Below, piece after piece: positions 1 through 7,860 of a stretch of DNA of 64,000 bases. Source of the stretch: a virus. The first letter of the stretch is position 1. Each line of letters opens with the position of its first letter. Location: IMG/VR virus record IMGVR_UViG_3300011008_000186, one strand, 5' to 3'. Under the pieces are notes generated by a model. That model saw only the letters and a list, made by a program, of their open reading frames with translations. It was not told where the DNA came from and searched no databases. Made by a program: the position numbers and the translations under genes.

Positions 1-105
1 GAATATAATCCCCCGGAGATTTTTCAAAGACCGCGCCGATCGCCTAGGGGGTGGGTTTTCGCGAGGGCCTCCCCCGGTGCCACCATATGAGTGGTTCCGA
101 GGAAA
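1..105 (-). ncRNA. GC-rich non-coding island, candidate structured RNA; continues past the left window edge
   Basis: No ORF. GC-rich in an AT-rich genome (CCCCCGG twice, GGGGG/CCCCC complementary runs). Read on the minus strand it shares ordered blocks with 32866..33030: CACCCCC, GGCGC, CTTTGAAA, ATTATATTC. Confidence 0.3.
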
Positions 106-299
106 GCAAACTCTTTTTTTGTTTTTTTTTCACTAAAAATTACTATTTTTTCTATTTTTATTTTGTTTTTTTTTCATTTTTTAACTTTTCGAAGTCAATT
201 AATCTATTTTCAATTAAAAACTAGTTTGGAAATGTATGAATCTAGTCCTTAGTTATTCTATCTTCATTTGTTTTTTTCTTTTAAAAGTAATTGTTCGAC

Positions 300-575
300 A
301 CTCAATACAACTTTTCGTTTAAACTTTTTTGTTTAGAATTCAAAGAAAGTTTGAGAAAACTGAAACTTTAAACTTTTTAAAGTTTTTGTAATAAAGTTTG
401 CAAATTCTTTTAATTATTTTTTTGCTAAAAACTTCGAATAATCATTAAAACTTTTTGTTTTTTCGTTTTTGTAAACAAACTTTTAAAAAAGTTTTCGAAC
501 TTTAAGAAACTTTAAAGCTTTAAAACTTTTTTCTTAAAACTTTAAAACTTTTCCAAAAACTAAACTTTAAGCTTT
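300..575. repeat. Field of AAACTTT / AAAGTTT heptamers (about 12 copies, some as inverted pairs)
   Basis: Examples: aaactttttaaagttt at 371-386 and aaacttttaaaaaagtttt at 478-496, plus many direct AAACTTT copies. Non-coding, downstream of the last leftward gene. Could be an origin, a pac/cos region or a protein-binding array. Confidence 0.6.
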
Positions 576-854
576 TTCGAATTCAATTACTTTTTTGTAA
601 TAAACTTTTTCTGCATTCGGCCCAAAAGCGAAACCATAATCGATGATCTCATCAATTGCTCTTTCGATTTCAGCGCTTTGTTCGTCGTCATCCATTTCAT
701 CAGAAACATTTGCAATTCGATCCAAATAATTACAGGTTCCATAACCTTTTTGTGAATCGAAAGTCAACCACTCATCAAACTGAGTCAAAGGATTAAATGG
801 ATTGTCAGTTGTTGTGATGCCAACAAGACGACGCTTTTTAGTTGCATTAGCCAT
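567..854 (-). CDS. hypothetical protein
   Basis: 95-aa ORF with AAGGAGG 7 nt upstream of the ATG. Acidic stretch DEMDDDEQSAEIE. No domain recognised. Confidence 0.6.
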   Translation of the reverse strand: MANATKKRRLVGITTTDNPFNPLTQFDEWLTFDSQKGYGTCNYLDRIANVSDEMDDDEQSAEIERAIDEIIDYGFAFGPNAEKVYYKKVIEFEKA

Positions 855-867
855 CTTTTTACCTCCT

Positions 868-3711
868 TTACGACTCTTTCAAATATTTTCTGATGGTAGA
901 TTCAGAACGTCCCATAACCTCAGCTATTTCTGATACGGTGTAGCCAGATGCATTGAAGCTGCGGATTCTGTTTACTTCTGAATTACTAAGCGTTAATGTT
1001 TGACGAGGAGTTGCAAGCTGCCTGATTAAAGTCGAGTCAGTGTATTTTAGAATTTGCTGGAGCTTATTCTCACTTATAGCCCCATTCCGAATGGCTTCCC
1101 ACTCCTTGTCGGTTATGTCTATAGACGTACGATGCGCACCAACTTTAGATCGGGCCTTATTTAGTTCCACGGTCCTCAATTTAGATTCCTCCTTAGATGA
1201 TAGTTCCAGGGAGGCGGTCTTTTCTTTTACAGCGGAGGTGGCCATTCTTTGTGCCACCCTCTCTTTGGGGGCATTAGCCTGGGCATCCGCCAGCTTATTC
1301 ATAAGGGAGGTAACTTCATTCGAATATTGGGCCTTAGCCTCTTTATTCACCTTCAAATTGCCCGTATTTATCATTTCCAAACGGGCCTTATTCGCTAAGT
1401 CTTTCATAGCATTAGCATAGTCGGCGTATGCTTTTTCTTTTCTTGTACCGGACGATAATGTGTGTGCGTCATTGGTATCTTCCATACGAGTGGTTGTTGA
1501 AAAAGCAGGGCGAGTTATTGTTTTCTCATCCGTCACCTTTACCGTTTCGCCACTTGAATTCTTATAATAAACACCATCTTTTCTAGTTGAACCGGGGATT
1601 TCTTCTTTTGTTACCGGGTCTATTACATTTGTATATTCGCGCCCCGATTGTTTGTAATAAATCTCTCCAGTTTCCTTATTAATCTGTGGCGAACCCTGGC
1701 GTTCTGGAACTCGCACTTCACTTTTGGCTCCTGATATCAATGTAGATGCGCCAGTACTATAATGACCGGTATAAGGATCTATGTGGCCTTGATAAATATC
1801 TTTTAATTCCTTGATATTATTATCTTTTTCCGATTGAACGTAATCTAGTTTATGCTTTTCTGCATCTATAACAACCATTGAATGTCGAATCGCGGCAGCT
1901 AACTCATCTTCGCTCGCGCCTTTGAGAGTCATATCCGTGATCAAATTTGAAACCATACCCATTTGTTTCTGAGTATTATCTTTTGTCATTATCTTGACTT
2001 TTTTGCCGTCTTCGTTCGTATAGATTGTTTTTCCATTTTTATCAGTAGTTTCAATAGTACTATAAGCAGACTTGGGATCAAATCCAACAAGCCCCCTTAG
2101 AGTATTCTTTGATGATATTCGAACTTTGTCGTTTACTGGTATAACCAGGACCGTGTCACCATCGAAATCTGCTCCAGATAACCGATCAGCAACGTGCTTA
2201 TTTATTCCAACCGCATCCGTTGCTGTACCAATTACTGATTTTCCCTCTTTCTGGTTATTATTAACTGTAAGAATTGGGATCTCGGATATTGATCCATGAG
2301 GATATCTCACAAGTGCTACTTTTTCACCGTTATGGTAATTAGGGGCTGCTATTTCATCGTCTTTCAAACTAGTAACTGGTAATATAACTTGCCAATTCTG
2401 TCTAGGAAGAGCTGCGGCTCTCAAATGCACTGCTGCACTATCGCACTCACTGGCGAATGTCTGCAACATATTCTTTTTTACTGTAACATTTGTCAAATTA
2501 CAAATTTTATCAAACTCATCAGCGCTCTCGGCATATGACAAATTCAGCTGTCTTTTTATCAAACTTTCGGGCTGCTTTGATAAAAACTGTGCGGACAATG
2601 TATCTCTGTAATTATCCCAGTCACCTTCTTCTTTAACTTTATTAATAACGCGAAGATGTTTTTCACCATTCGAGTCAGTCCAATATGACTGACCGCCAGG
2701 ATCTTTTATTAAAGCGCCGAATGGGTTATCATTATCAATAGAACCATCAGCATTCGTCTTCATCGGCTTTAATACTTTAGTCATTGGTGTGCCAACATGT
2801 TTGTTGGTATTAAACAAAACGTCAACGCCATCAGGAAGATCGTCAGAATATACGGCCATTCCTTTCAGATAATGAGTTCCATCGACAGCAATTCGAACCT
2901 GAGCATAATTAGAATTTCCAAGCGAAATATCATCCACGCCTCGACGAAGTTCTATTACTCCATCCTTTTGATCGCCACCTTCTTCAGAATATCTTATTTT
3001 TAACCTTGAAGAATCAAGACTCTTTGGTGGCTGGAACGTTCTATACGTCGCCCCACCGTCATCTGAATGATAATCTGTAACCGACTTAATGTCACCAATA
3101 TGCTGATAAACATATCCTTCAGTATATGTCGGATCGGGCGGAGTAATTACTGTCGTTATAGTCTGCTGCCCTTTGTTTGTCAGCTGCCCGACGCCAATTG
3201 GATAGACATTGTACCCTTCGATGTTTAATATCAATAGTGCTTCTTTCATTGTATCGGAAGAAACACCGAGTTCGGCTTCCACACCCTTACCAACATCCAG
3301 CATGCCTTTTTCTTTAATTTGGGCAGCAAGGAGCTCTGCCGTTTTTTCACCTCTATTTGCATTGTATTCTCGCAATGGATTAAGAAGAGATCTAACCGTA
3401 GATTCATTAACACCCAATTCTCGTCCGATTTCGGTTGCTCCCATTCCTTCGGCCTGCATCTTTTTAGCTAAAGCCACATCTTCTCTACGAATAGCATTCT
3501 TTGCAAGACGCTTCATTGTAGCGAGCTGGGATACTGTCATCTTCTGCTCTTCTGCAAATTCTTTTTCGGTTTTTCCCTCAAGGATCGCCTGTTTGTACGC
3601 ATTCATAAATCCCTTCGGATCATGTTGAAAAGGATTTTCTCCACTTCCATAAGGATATCTTCCGGATCTGTACTTCATGCCATAGTGCATAATTACTCGT
3701 CTGTCGCCCAT
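868..3711 (-). CDS. putative single-subunit two-barrel RNA polymerase (YonO / RdRP-like) with terminal HTH domains
   Basis: 947 aa. The central segment KVALVRYPHGSISEIPILTV...VADRLSGADFDGDTVLVIPV matches the R-x-P ... ADFDGD metal-binding loop of double-psi beta-barrel RNAPs (beta-prime NADFDGD; QDE-1-type LSGGDYDGD). HTH-like segments lie at both ends (GATEIGRELGVNESTVRSLL and GYTVSEIAEVMGRSESTIRKYL). Motif-level call only. Confidence 0.55.
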   Translation of the reverse strand: MGDRRVIMHYGMKYRSGRYPYGSGENPFQHDPKGFMNAYKQAILEGKTEKEFAEEQKMTVSQLATMKRLAKNAIRREDVALAKKMQAEGMGATEIGRELGVNESTVRSLLNPLREYNANRGEKTAELLAAQIKEKGMLDVGKGVEAELGVSSDTMKEALLILNIEGYNVYPIGVGQLTNKGQQTITTVITPPDPTYTEGYVYQHIGDIKSVTDYHSDDGGATYRTFQPPKSLDSSRLKIRYSEEGGDQKDGVIELRRGVDDISLGNSNYAQVRIAVDGTHYLKGMAVYSDDLPDGVDVLFNTNKHVGTPMTKVLKPMKTNADGSIDNDNPFGALIKDPGGQSYWTDSNGEKHLRVINKVKEEGDWDNYRDTLSAQFLSKQPESLIKRQLNLSYAESADEFDKICNLTNVTVKKNMLQTFASECDSAAVHLRAAALPRQNWQVILPVTSLKDDEIAAPNYHNGEKVALVRYPHGSISEIPILTVNNNQKEGKSVIGTATDAVGINKHVADRLSGADFDGDTVLVIPVNDKVRISSKNTLRGLVGFDPKSAYSTIETTDKNGKTIYTNEDGKKVKIMTKDNTQKQMGMVSNLITDMTLKGASEDELAAAIRHSMVVIDAEKHKLDYVQSEKDNNIKELKDIYQGHIDPYTGHYSTGASTLISGAKSEVRVPERQGSPQINKETGEIYYKQSGREYTNVIDPVTKEEIPGSTRKDGVYYKNSSGETVKVTDEKTITRPAFSTTTRMEDTNDAHTLSSGTRKEKAYADYANAMKDLANKARLEMINTGNLKVNKEAKAQYSNEVTSLMNKLADAQANAPKERVAQRMATSAVKEKTASLELSSKEESKLRTVELNKARSKVGAHRTSIDITDKEWEAIRNGAISENKLQQILKYTDSTLIRQLATPRQTLTLSNSEVNRIRSFNASGYTVSEIAEVMGRSESTIRKYLKES

Positions 3712-4271
3712 CAGATATCTCCTTCCTGCTCCATTTGTGAAATGACTTTATCGTTAAATTTAATTTTCTCTATGATTTCCTCAATATCATAGTGATCCGG
3801 TTCATGCAGAAGGATTTCATTCTCCTGATATATACGTAATTCCGCACGAATATCTTCCGGACGAATGTGATAATCCAAACAAAAAAGAGCAGCATATACT
3901 TCAAGCTGCTCCATGTGAACCGGTGAAATGCCAGTTTTCAAATCATTGATTCGCAAAACATTTTTGTTAAAACTTATAGCATCAGTTGTTCCAAAACAGT
4001 TCTCACTAAAATATAATGGAACTTCTGGCGTCATCCGATAGCCAAGAGAATCATTAACATACATATTTAATGTTCTCTGTGATCGTGGAAGTTTTTGTCC
4101 AAGCCTAATTGTCTGCGCTGCCCAATCGTGAAGGATCGTTCCGCGCTCTGCTGCCTTAGAAGTACGATATCTTTCTCTAAGCTTTTCTTCAGTGTAGTTC
4201 AACCAGTACGGACTACTTGGAGCTAGAAACGCGTGTCTTCCGATTAGATTTGAATGATTGTGAAAGTTCAT
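3711..4271 (-). CDS. PD-(D/E)xK nuclease, Cas4/RecB-like exonuclease family
   Basis: 186 aa. Pattern GTILHDW ... TDAISF ... LRINDLKTG ... QLEVYA fits a D...(D/E)xK core. GGAGG lies before the ATG at 4271. Confidence 0.6.
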   Translation of the reverse strand: MNFHNHSNLIGRHAFLAPSSPYWLNYTEEKLRERYRTSKAAERGTILHDWAAQTIRLGQKLPRSQRTLNMYVNDSLGYRMTPEVPLYFSENCFGTTDAISFNKNVLRINDLKTGISPVHMEQLEVYAALFCLDYHIRPEDIRAELRIYQENEILLHEPDHYDIEEIIEKIKFNDKVISQMEQEGDI

Positions 4272-4542
4272 CTAAAATCTCCTCCTTGTTTTCTGGGAAT
4301 ATCAATCTCGAAAACGACATGTCATTCATTTTCGAAATATAATATTCTTGGTTTGGTCTTTTGGTGGCTGTGGATGATTTTTTACATTCAAGAGATGCCC
4401 ATTTGTCTTTATACAAAACAAGTAAATCGGGAATGCCCTGAATATAATTCGGATCGTTTTTAAGAACCATGCATCCTGGGAATCTCTGTTTAAGCTCTTT
4501 AATCAAGCCAGCTTGAAATTCGCTTTCTTTTTTATTTGCCAT
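4213..4542 (-). CDS. VRR-NUC domain nuclease
   Basis: 109 aa. GIPDLLVL ... ASLECKK ... Q is the VRR-NUC type PD-(D/E)xK core. The 3' end overlaps the next gene by 59 nt. Confidence 0.6.
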   Translation of the reverse strand: MANKKESEFQAGLIKELKQRFPGCMVLKNDPNYIQGIPDLLVLYKDKWASLECKKSSTATKRPNQEYYISKMNDMSFSRLIFPENKEEILDELSQSFKSNRKTRVSSSK

Positions 4543-4749
4543 GACGATGCTCCTTAAAAATTTTTACAAAAAAAAAGAGAATAGGTTACACGAATTCTCA
4601 AATATCAATATTCGTGGCATTTATACCCTCTCCTCTCCATAAAAGGATAACTTTTTTTCGCGAATCAAACGTAATCTCAAATTCAAACAAAAAAAAAGAC
4701 AGGATCACAAAATTTGACGAAAACGCCTTAATAAAAACTCGCAAAAATT

Positions 4750-5045
4750 GCCTCTGTCCACTTTGCCCACTTTTTTTGGCATTTTTATTTATATATATAA
4801 AAATTTTTTATATAATAAATAGAGAAAAAAAGTGGACAAGTGGGCAGAAACCTCAAAAAAGCCCGTAAAATCAACGTTTTTTCATGTCCACTTTTTGTCC
4901 ACTTTGCCCACTTTTGCCCAAAAATTTTTTATTTGTGACCACAAAAAAAGCAATTTTTTCAAATAAATGTGTCCACAAAAACGAATAAATGTGGCCACAA
5001 ATATTACTAAAAGTGGACAAAAACGAATAAATGTGGCCACAACTA
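4750..5045. repeat. Iteron field around an AT-rich core (candidate origin or RHH-protein binding array)
   Basis: G(T/C)CCACTTT units at 4756-4775 and 4887-4918, and inverted copies (AAAGTGGAC AAGTGGGC) at 4829-4846. These flank the pure A/T stretch 4781-4825. There are three copies of AAATGTG(T/G)CCACAA, two inside a repeated AAACGAATAAATGTGGCCACAA (4978-4999 and 5022-5043). Confidence 0.65.
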
Positions 5046-5054
5046 TTTTAAATA

Positions 5055-5228
5055 TCAATAATCGGTATAACCATATTTTCTGCATCTTTCATCAACACAA
5101 AAACGTAGAAAATCGGATTTACTGATCTGCAATATGTCACAAACAAAATTTAGTTTTCTCTCCTCGGATTTATTCAATCGAACACGAATTGTCACATCTC
5201 TTGGATCCTTAATTTTAGTTCGTCCCAA
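5055..5228 (-). CDS. ribbon-helix-helix (CopG/Arc/MobC-like) DNA-binding protein
   Basis: 57-codon ORF below the ORF-track cutoff. TTG start 8 nt after GAGAGG. The sequence GRTKIKDPRDVTIRVRLNKSEERKLNFVCDILQISKSDFLRFCVDE fits the strand-helix-helix pattern. It lies directly upstream of the iteron field. Confidence 0.5.
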   Translation of the reverse strand: MGRTKIKDPRDVTIRVRLNKSEERKLNFVCDILQISKSDFLRFCVDERCRKYGYTDY

Positions 5229-5229
5229 T

Positions 5230-5550
5230 TTAATTACCTCTCAATCTTAACACTCCATCAATATCAATATTGCCCTGAGCTACTGGCGGAACATCCATTA
5301 GAAAATCCTCAAGATCGGTCATGTCATACTTCCACATGTTCTTATCAGTGAAAGCATATTCAAGAAGATCTTTTTCATCATAAAGCTTTCCATGTTTTCC
5401 AAGATCTTTAAGCGGGCACCAATCAGGACGGCCTATTACATTACTGCAAACTTTTTCACAAAGAATACAAATTCCATTAGGATTAAACGTGCATTCAATT
5501 CCGTTATTTGGAACTTCGATACTAACACCTTCAAGTAAAATATCAGTCAT
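5230..5550 (-). CDS. hypothetical protein
   Basis: 106-aa ORF with an SD-like AGGAGA upstream. Cys cluster CILCEKVC...WCP. Confidence 0.6.
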   Translation of the reverse strand: MTDILLEGVSIEVPNNGIECTFNPNGICILCEKVCSNVIGRPDWCPLKDLGKHGKLYDEKDLLEYAFTDKNMWKYDMTDLEDFLMDVPPVAQGNIDIDGVLRLRGN

Positions 5551-5568
5551 TTTAATTCTCCTTTCTAA

Positions 5569-5829
5569 TCAAAGCGAAAACATCGTGCGATCGTTTTCAG
5601 GATTATTTATTCCGTTGACATATTTTAAAAGACGCTCCGGATGTATAAGAATATATTGTTCCCCATTTGTCGATTCAATATCAAAACCATGTTTTAATGC
5701 AAAACAAATGAGTTTGAACATTTCAAGATCTGAATCCGAATCATAAGGACACTGACGGTTTATTTCAATACGATAAGCTCCTTTTTTCTGAATAGCATTT
5801 TTGACTTTAGAATATAATGTTTTATTCAT
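5569..5829 (-). CDS. hypothetical protein
   Basis: Start moved to the internal ATG at 5829 (MNKTLYSK), which has AAGGAGA upstream and an ATGA overlap with the stop of the previous gene. Confidence 0.6.
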   Translation of the reverse strand: MNKTLYSKVKNAIQKKGAYRIEINRQCPYDSDSDLEMFKLICFALKHGFDIESTNGEQYILIHPERLLKYVNGINNPENDRTMFSL

Positions 5830-6098
5830 CGCATCTCCTTGAGAGTTTGTACCATTTTCTGTATTGCTGCATTCCATCCAGCCTTATACGATTTTTCCCG
5901 CATTTCATTAAAAAGTCGTTCATTTTCTTTAAGACGGTCTTTAATTTCATATGTAGGTGGAGCGTCTTTAAACTTGCTGTAATTTAGTAATATCAATTCG
6001 TTGATGAAGTCATTTACTATTGCTTCGTCGTTTTTTAAATATCTTTCTTCAAGCTCGCTAAGCTGTGTGCTATCGTCTGTCATCGGTTTCCTCCTCAT
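5826..6098 (-). CDS. hypothetical protein
   Basis: 90-aa ORF translationally coupled to its neighbours. Confidence 0.6.
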   Translation of the reverse strand: MRRKPMTDDSTQLSELEERYLKNDEAIVNDFINELILLNYSKFKDAPPTYEIKDRLKENERLFNEMREKSYKAGWNAAIQKMVQTLKEMR

Positions 6099-6333
6099 TC
6101 TTTTTAATCTTTTCTTTCATTTCTGTTACAACTTCATCAAGCATTTTCGCTGCCTCAGTCATCTTTTCGTGCGCCTCATTAATACCTTTTGTCTGGCGAT
6201 ACAGAACACGATATAAGTTAAATATCCAGAACAAACTAGCAATAAGAAGCCCAAAAATCACCCATTCCGAAATCGACGGACCAGACAACTTATTAACAAA
6301 AACAAAGATTGATGCTAATAATACAAATATCAT
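6070..6333 (-). CDS. small membrane protein
   Basis: 87 aa. Two N-terminal hydrophobic helices (IFVLLASIFVFV, VIFGLLIASLFWIF) followed by a charged helical tail. Confidence 0.6.
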   Translation of the reverse strand: MIFVLLASIFVFVNKLSGPSISEWVIFGLLIASLFWIFNLYRVLYRQTKGINEAHEKMTEAAKMLDEVVTEMKEKIKKNEEETDDRR

Positions 6334-6425
6334 TTATCCTTCACCTCTCATATCCGCTCCGATTGCGGAGCAAAATAGCATATAACTTGGCTGTGCAACC
6401 GTCCATCCATCTCGGTAGCTTGGTA

Positions 6426-6677
6426 TCATTCAGCATCATCTCCTCTCATATCTGCTCCACAATTTGGGCAGAAATTTGTTTTCATTGTTTTGCCACGTGC
6501 ATAGTTTCCGTAGTAGTCATCCGCCACAAATATGAATGGAGCATTTTTTCCGCATTCGGAACAATATGTTTGTTTTGTGTAATCCTCTTCTTTGGTTATC
6601 CACTTTCCGATCTTCCGTTTTGGCTGGGCATGCGGCAATATATCAATTGCATCCTGTTTGCTTATTAAGTCATTCAT
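6426..6677 (-). CDS. zinc-ribbon protein
   Basis: 83 aa with CSECG ... CPNCG. Confidence 0.6.
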   Translation of the reverse strand: MNDLISKQDAIDILPHAQPKRKIGKWITKEEDYTKQTYCSECGKNAPFIFVADDYYGNYARGKTMKTNFCPNCGADMRGDDAE

Positions 6678-6882
6678 CCCTCACCCTCCTATTCCATGCT
6701 TTGATGGCTTTTTCGTCGCTTGAATATCCATAACCAACAACAAAAAACTTCGTTGCGGCCGAGCACTCTTTACAACGACATTGACTTGCTGGCTGTGAAC
6801 AACTAATAATATGTTCTAAAACAGCTTCACTACCGCAAAATGGGCAAGGTCTTAATTCATTTATTTTATTGATCATCATCAT
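6670..6882 (-). CDS. Lar-like restriction-alleviation family protein
   Basis: 70 aa. PCPFCGS ... CRCKECSA ... AIKAWNRR matches the CPFCG / C-x2-C / AWNRR signature of Lar-family proteins. Confidence 0.55.
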   Translation of the reverse strand: MMMINKINELRPCPFCGSEAVLEHIISCSQPASQCRCKECSAATKFFVVGYGYSSDEKAIKAWNRRVRDE

Positions 6883-7211
6883 TCCTCCGCTTCTATTATT
6901 GACTTACAGTTCGATACTTCCACCTCGCTGATACATTTTTGTACAGAAAAATCAAGTGGTATCATTCGGCTTTTAACATCGTCAGCATCAATCAGCTGAC
7001 CATGTGGTGTTGGGACTTCTACCAAAGGACATTTAGGATGCCTTGTATCAATATAATCCAATGTCCTTTTAATATTTAATTTTGATCTCACATTACAAAA
7101 TCCGTTTTCTTTTAGTTCGGTTGCTGCCATGCAATCATAGTCTACCCAACGAAGAAAAGGACATTTAATGCAACCACCTGGCATCTTCATTCCTTTAATC
7201 AGTATGCTCAT
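6879..7211 (-). CDS. hypothetical protein (Cys-rich)
   Basis: 110-aa ORF. The KGMKMPGGCIKCPF N-terminus recurs in Firmicutes phage hypotheticals (from recollection). Confidence 0.6.
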   Translation of the reverse strand: MSILIKGMKMPGGCIKCPFLRWVDYDCMAATELKENGFCNVRSKLNIKRTLDYIDTRHPKCPLVEVPTPHGQLIDADDVKSRMIPLDFSVQKCISEVEVSNCKSIIEAEE

Positions 7212-7704
7212 TTTCTTCCTCCTTCACTTTATATCCAAAAGGAACCTCACCATTAATAATAGACTGCCAATGGGCGATCACATCCGGATGGGCATGTTCA
7301 CGATTTAATAAATTATCTTTTGCTTCTTTTTGTAATTGATCCCATGTGTATTTGGAAATTGTATTAGCAAAACGGCGGTCATATTGAGGATAAAGCATGT
7401 CGTCATAGTCAAGTATTTTTAATCCGGATTTATTTTGAGAGTACTGCCATTGTTTTATGAAATCCCACATAACGAAACTTGCTTGAAATCCAGAAATACC
7501 CGCAATCGAAGCTCCCATCGAACCTGCTCCTAATGCAATCGCAGCAACAGCATGCACAATAGTTCCGTAATCGTGGTTGTAATCATTTAATAAATGATCT
7601 GTAAACGTCTGCAGTTCTTCTTGTTTTTTTATTTTTTTCGCCTGTTTGAACCATGCGGCTTTAATATCAATAAATTCTTTGCTTTCTTCATCAAGTGTTA
7701 TCAT
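7195..7704 (-). CDS. hypothetical protein
   Basis: 169-aa ORF with AGGAGA upstream. Central Gly/Ala-rich hydrophobic segment. Confidence 0.6.
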   Translation of the reverse strand: MITLDEESKEFIDIKAAWFKQAKKIKKQEELQTFTDHLLNDYNHDYGTIVHAVAAIALGAGSMGASIAGISGFQASFVMWDFIKQWQYSQNKSGLKILDYDDMLYPQYDRRFANTISKYTWDQLQKEAKDNLLNREHAHPDVIAHWQSIINGEVPFGYKVKEEENEHTD

Positions 7705-7731
7705 TTTTATTGGATCTCCTTTCTTTTAATT

Positions 7732-7855
7732 AACCTCGGGTAAGGATTTGCACCTTACATGATGCGATGTTTTGCTCAGTTTGACTGGAATCATGTATGC
7801 ATCCATGTCGCATCTACCAGAATCCAATGCGTCTACCTATTCCGCCACCGAGGTT
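7732..7855 (-). ncRNA. tRNA-Leu-like element without a recognisable anticodon arm (copy 1)
   Basis: Minus strand reads AACCTCGG-TG-GCGGAATAGGTAGACGC ... GTAAGG-TGCAAAT-CCTTAC-CCGAGGTT. It has an 8-bp acceptor-like stem, a classic tRNA-Leu D-arm and a 6-bp T-like stem with the non-canonical loop TGCAAAT. The 70-nt central part contains the stem GATGCGA/TCGCATC. Paralogue at 38889..38975. Confidence 0.45.
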
Positions 7856-7860
7856 TGTAA

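Noticed and set aside
1040-3628. Plus-strand ORFs inside the RNAP-like gene (1040..1420, 2072..2299, 2797..3003, 3209..3628). Similar antisense ORFs occur throughout the window (for example 8970..9521, 12091..12702, 27226..27612, 38743..39246, 48728..49105, 60288..60737, 60822..61385, 63243..63863).
   Set aside because: They lie antisense to long, motif-bearing minus-strand genes. They lack SD sequences and have low-complexity Ser/Leu/Ile-rich products typical of the reverse frame of AT-rich coding DNA.
4750-5045. Possible CRISPR array (also considered for 28975..29225 and the 27-nt hairpin repeats).
   Set aside because: The repeat units are 9-22 nt with irregular spacing and mixed orientation (iterons). 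The 15-nt periodic tract is coding. The 27-nt element copies are 0.7-2 kb apart and separated by genes. No cas genes are present.
4614-5085. ORFs 4614..4868 (+) and 4882..5085 (-) over the iteron field.
   Set aside because: The products simply translate the DNA repeats (VATFIRFC appears twice). There is no SD, and 4882..5085 overlaps the better-supported RHH ORF end.
7732-7855. tRNA-like element as a tmRNA, or as a class II tRNA with an intron.
   Set aside because: No tag-like reading frame ending in a stop lies within the insert. A TTGGA/TCCAG pairing could mimic an anticodon stem around a 33-nt insert, but copy 2 has no equivalent, so the model is not supported by both copies.
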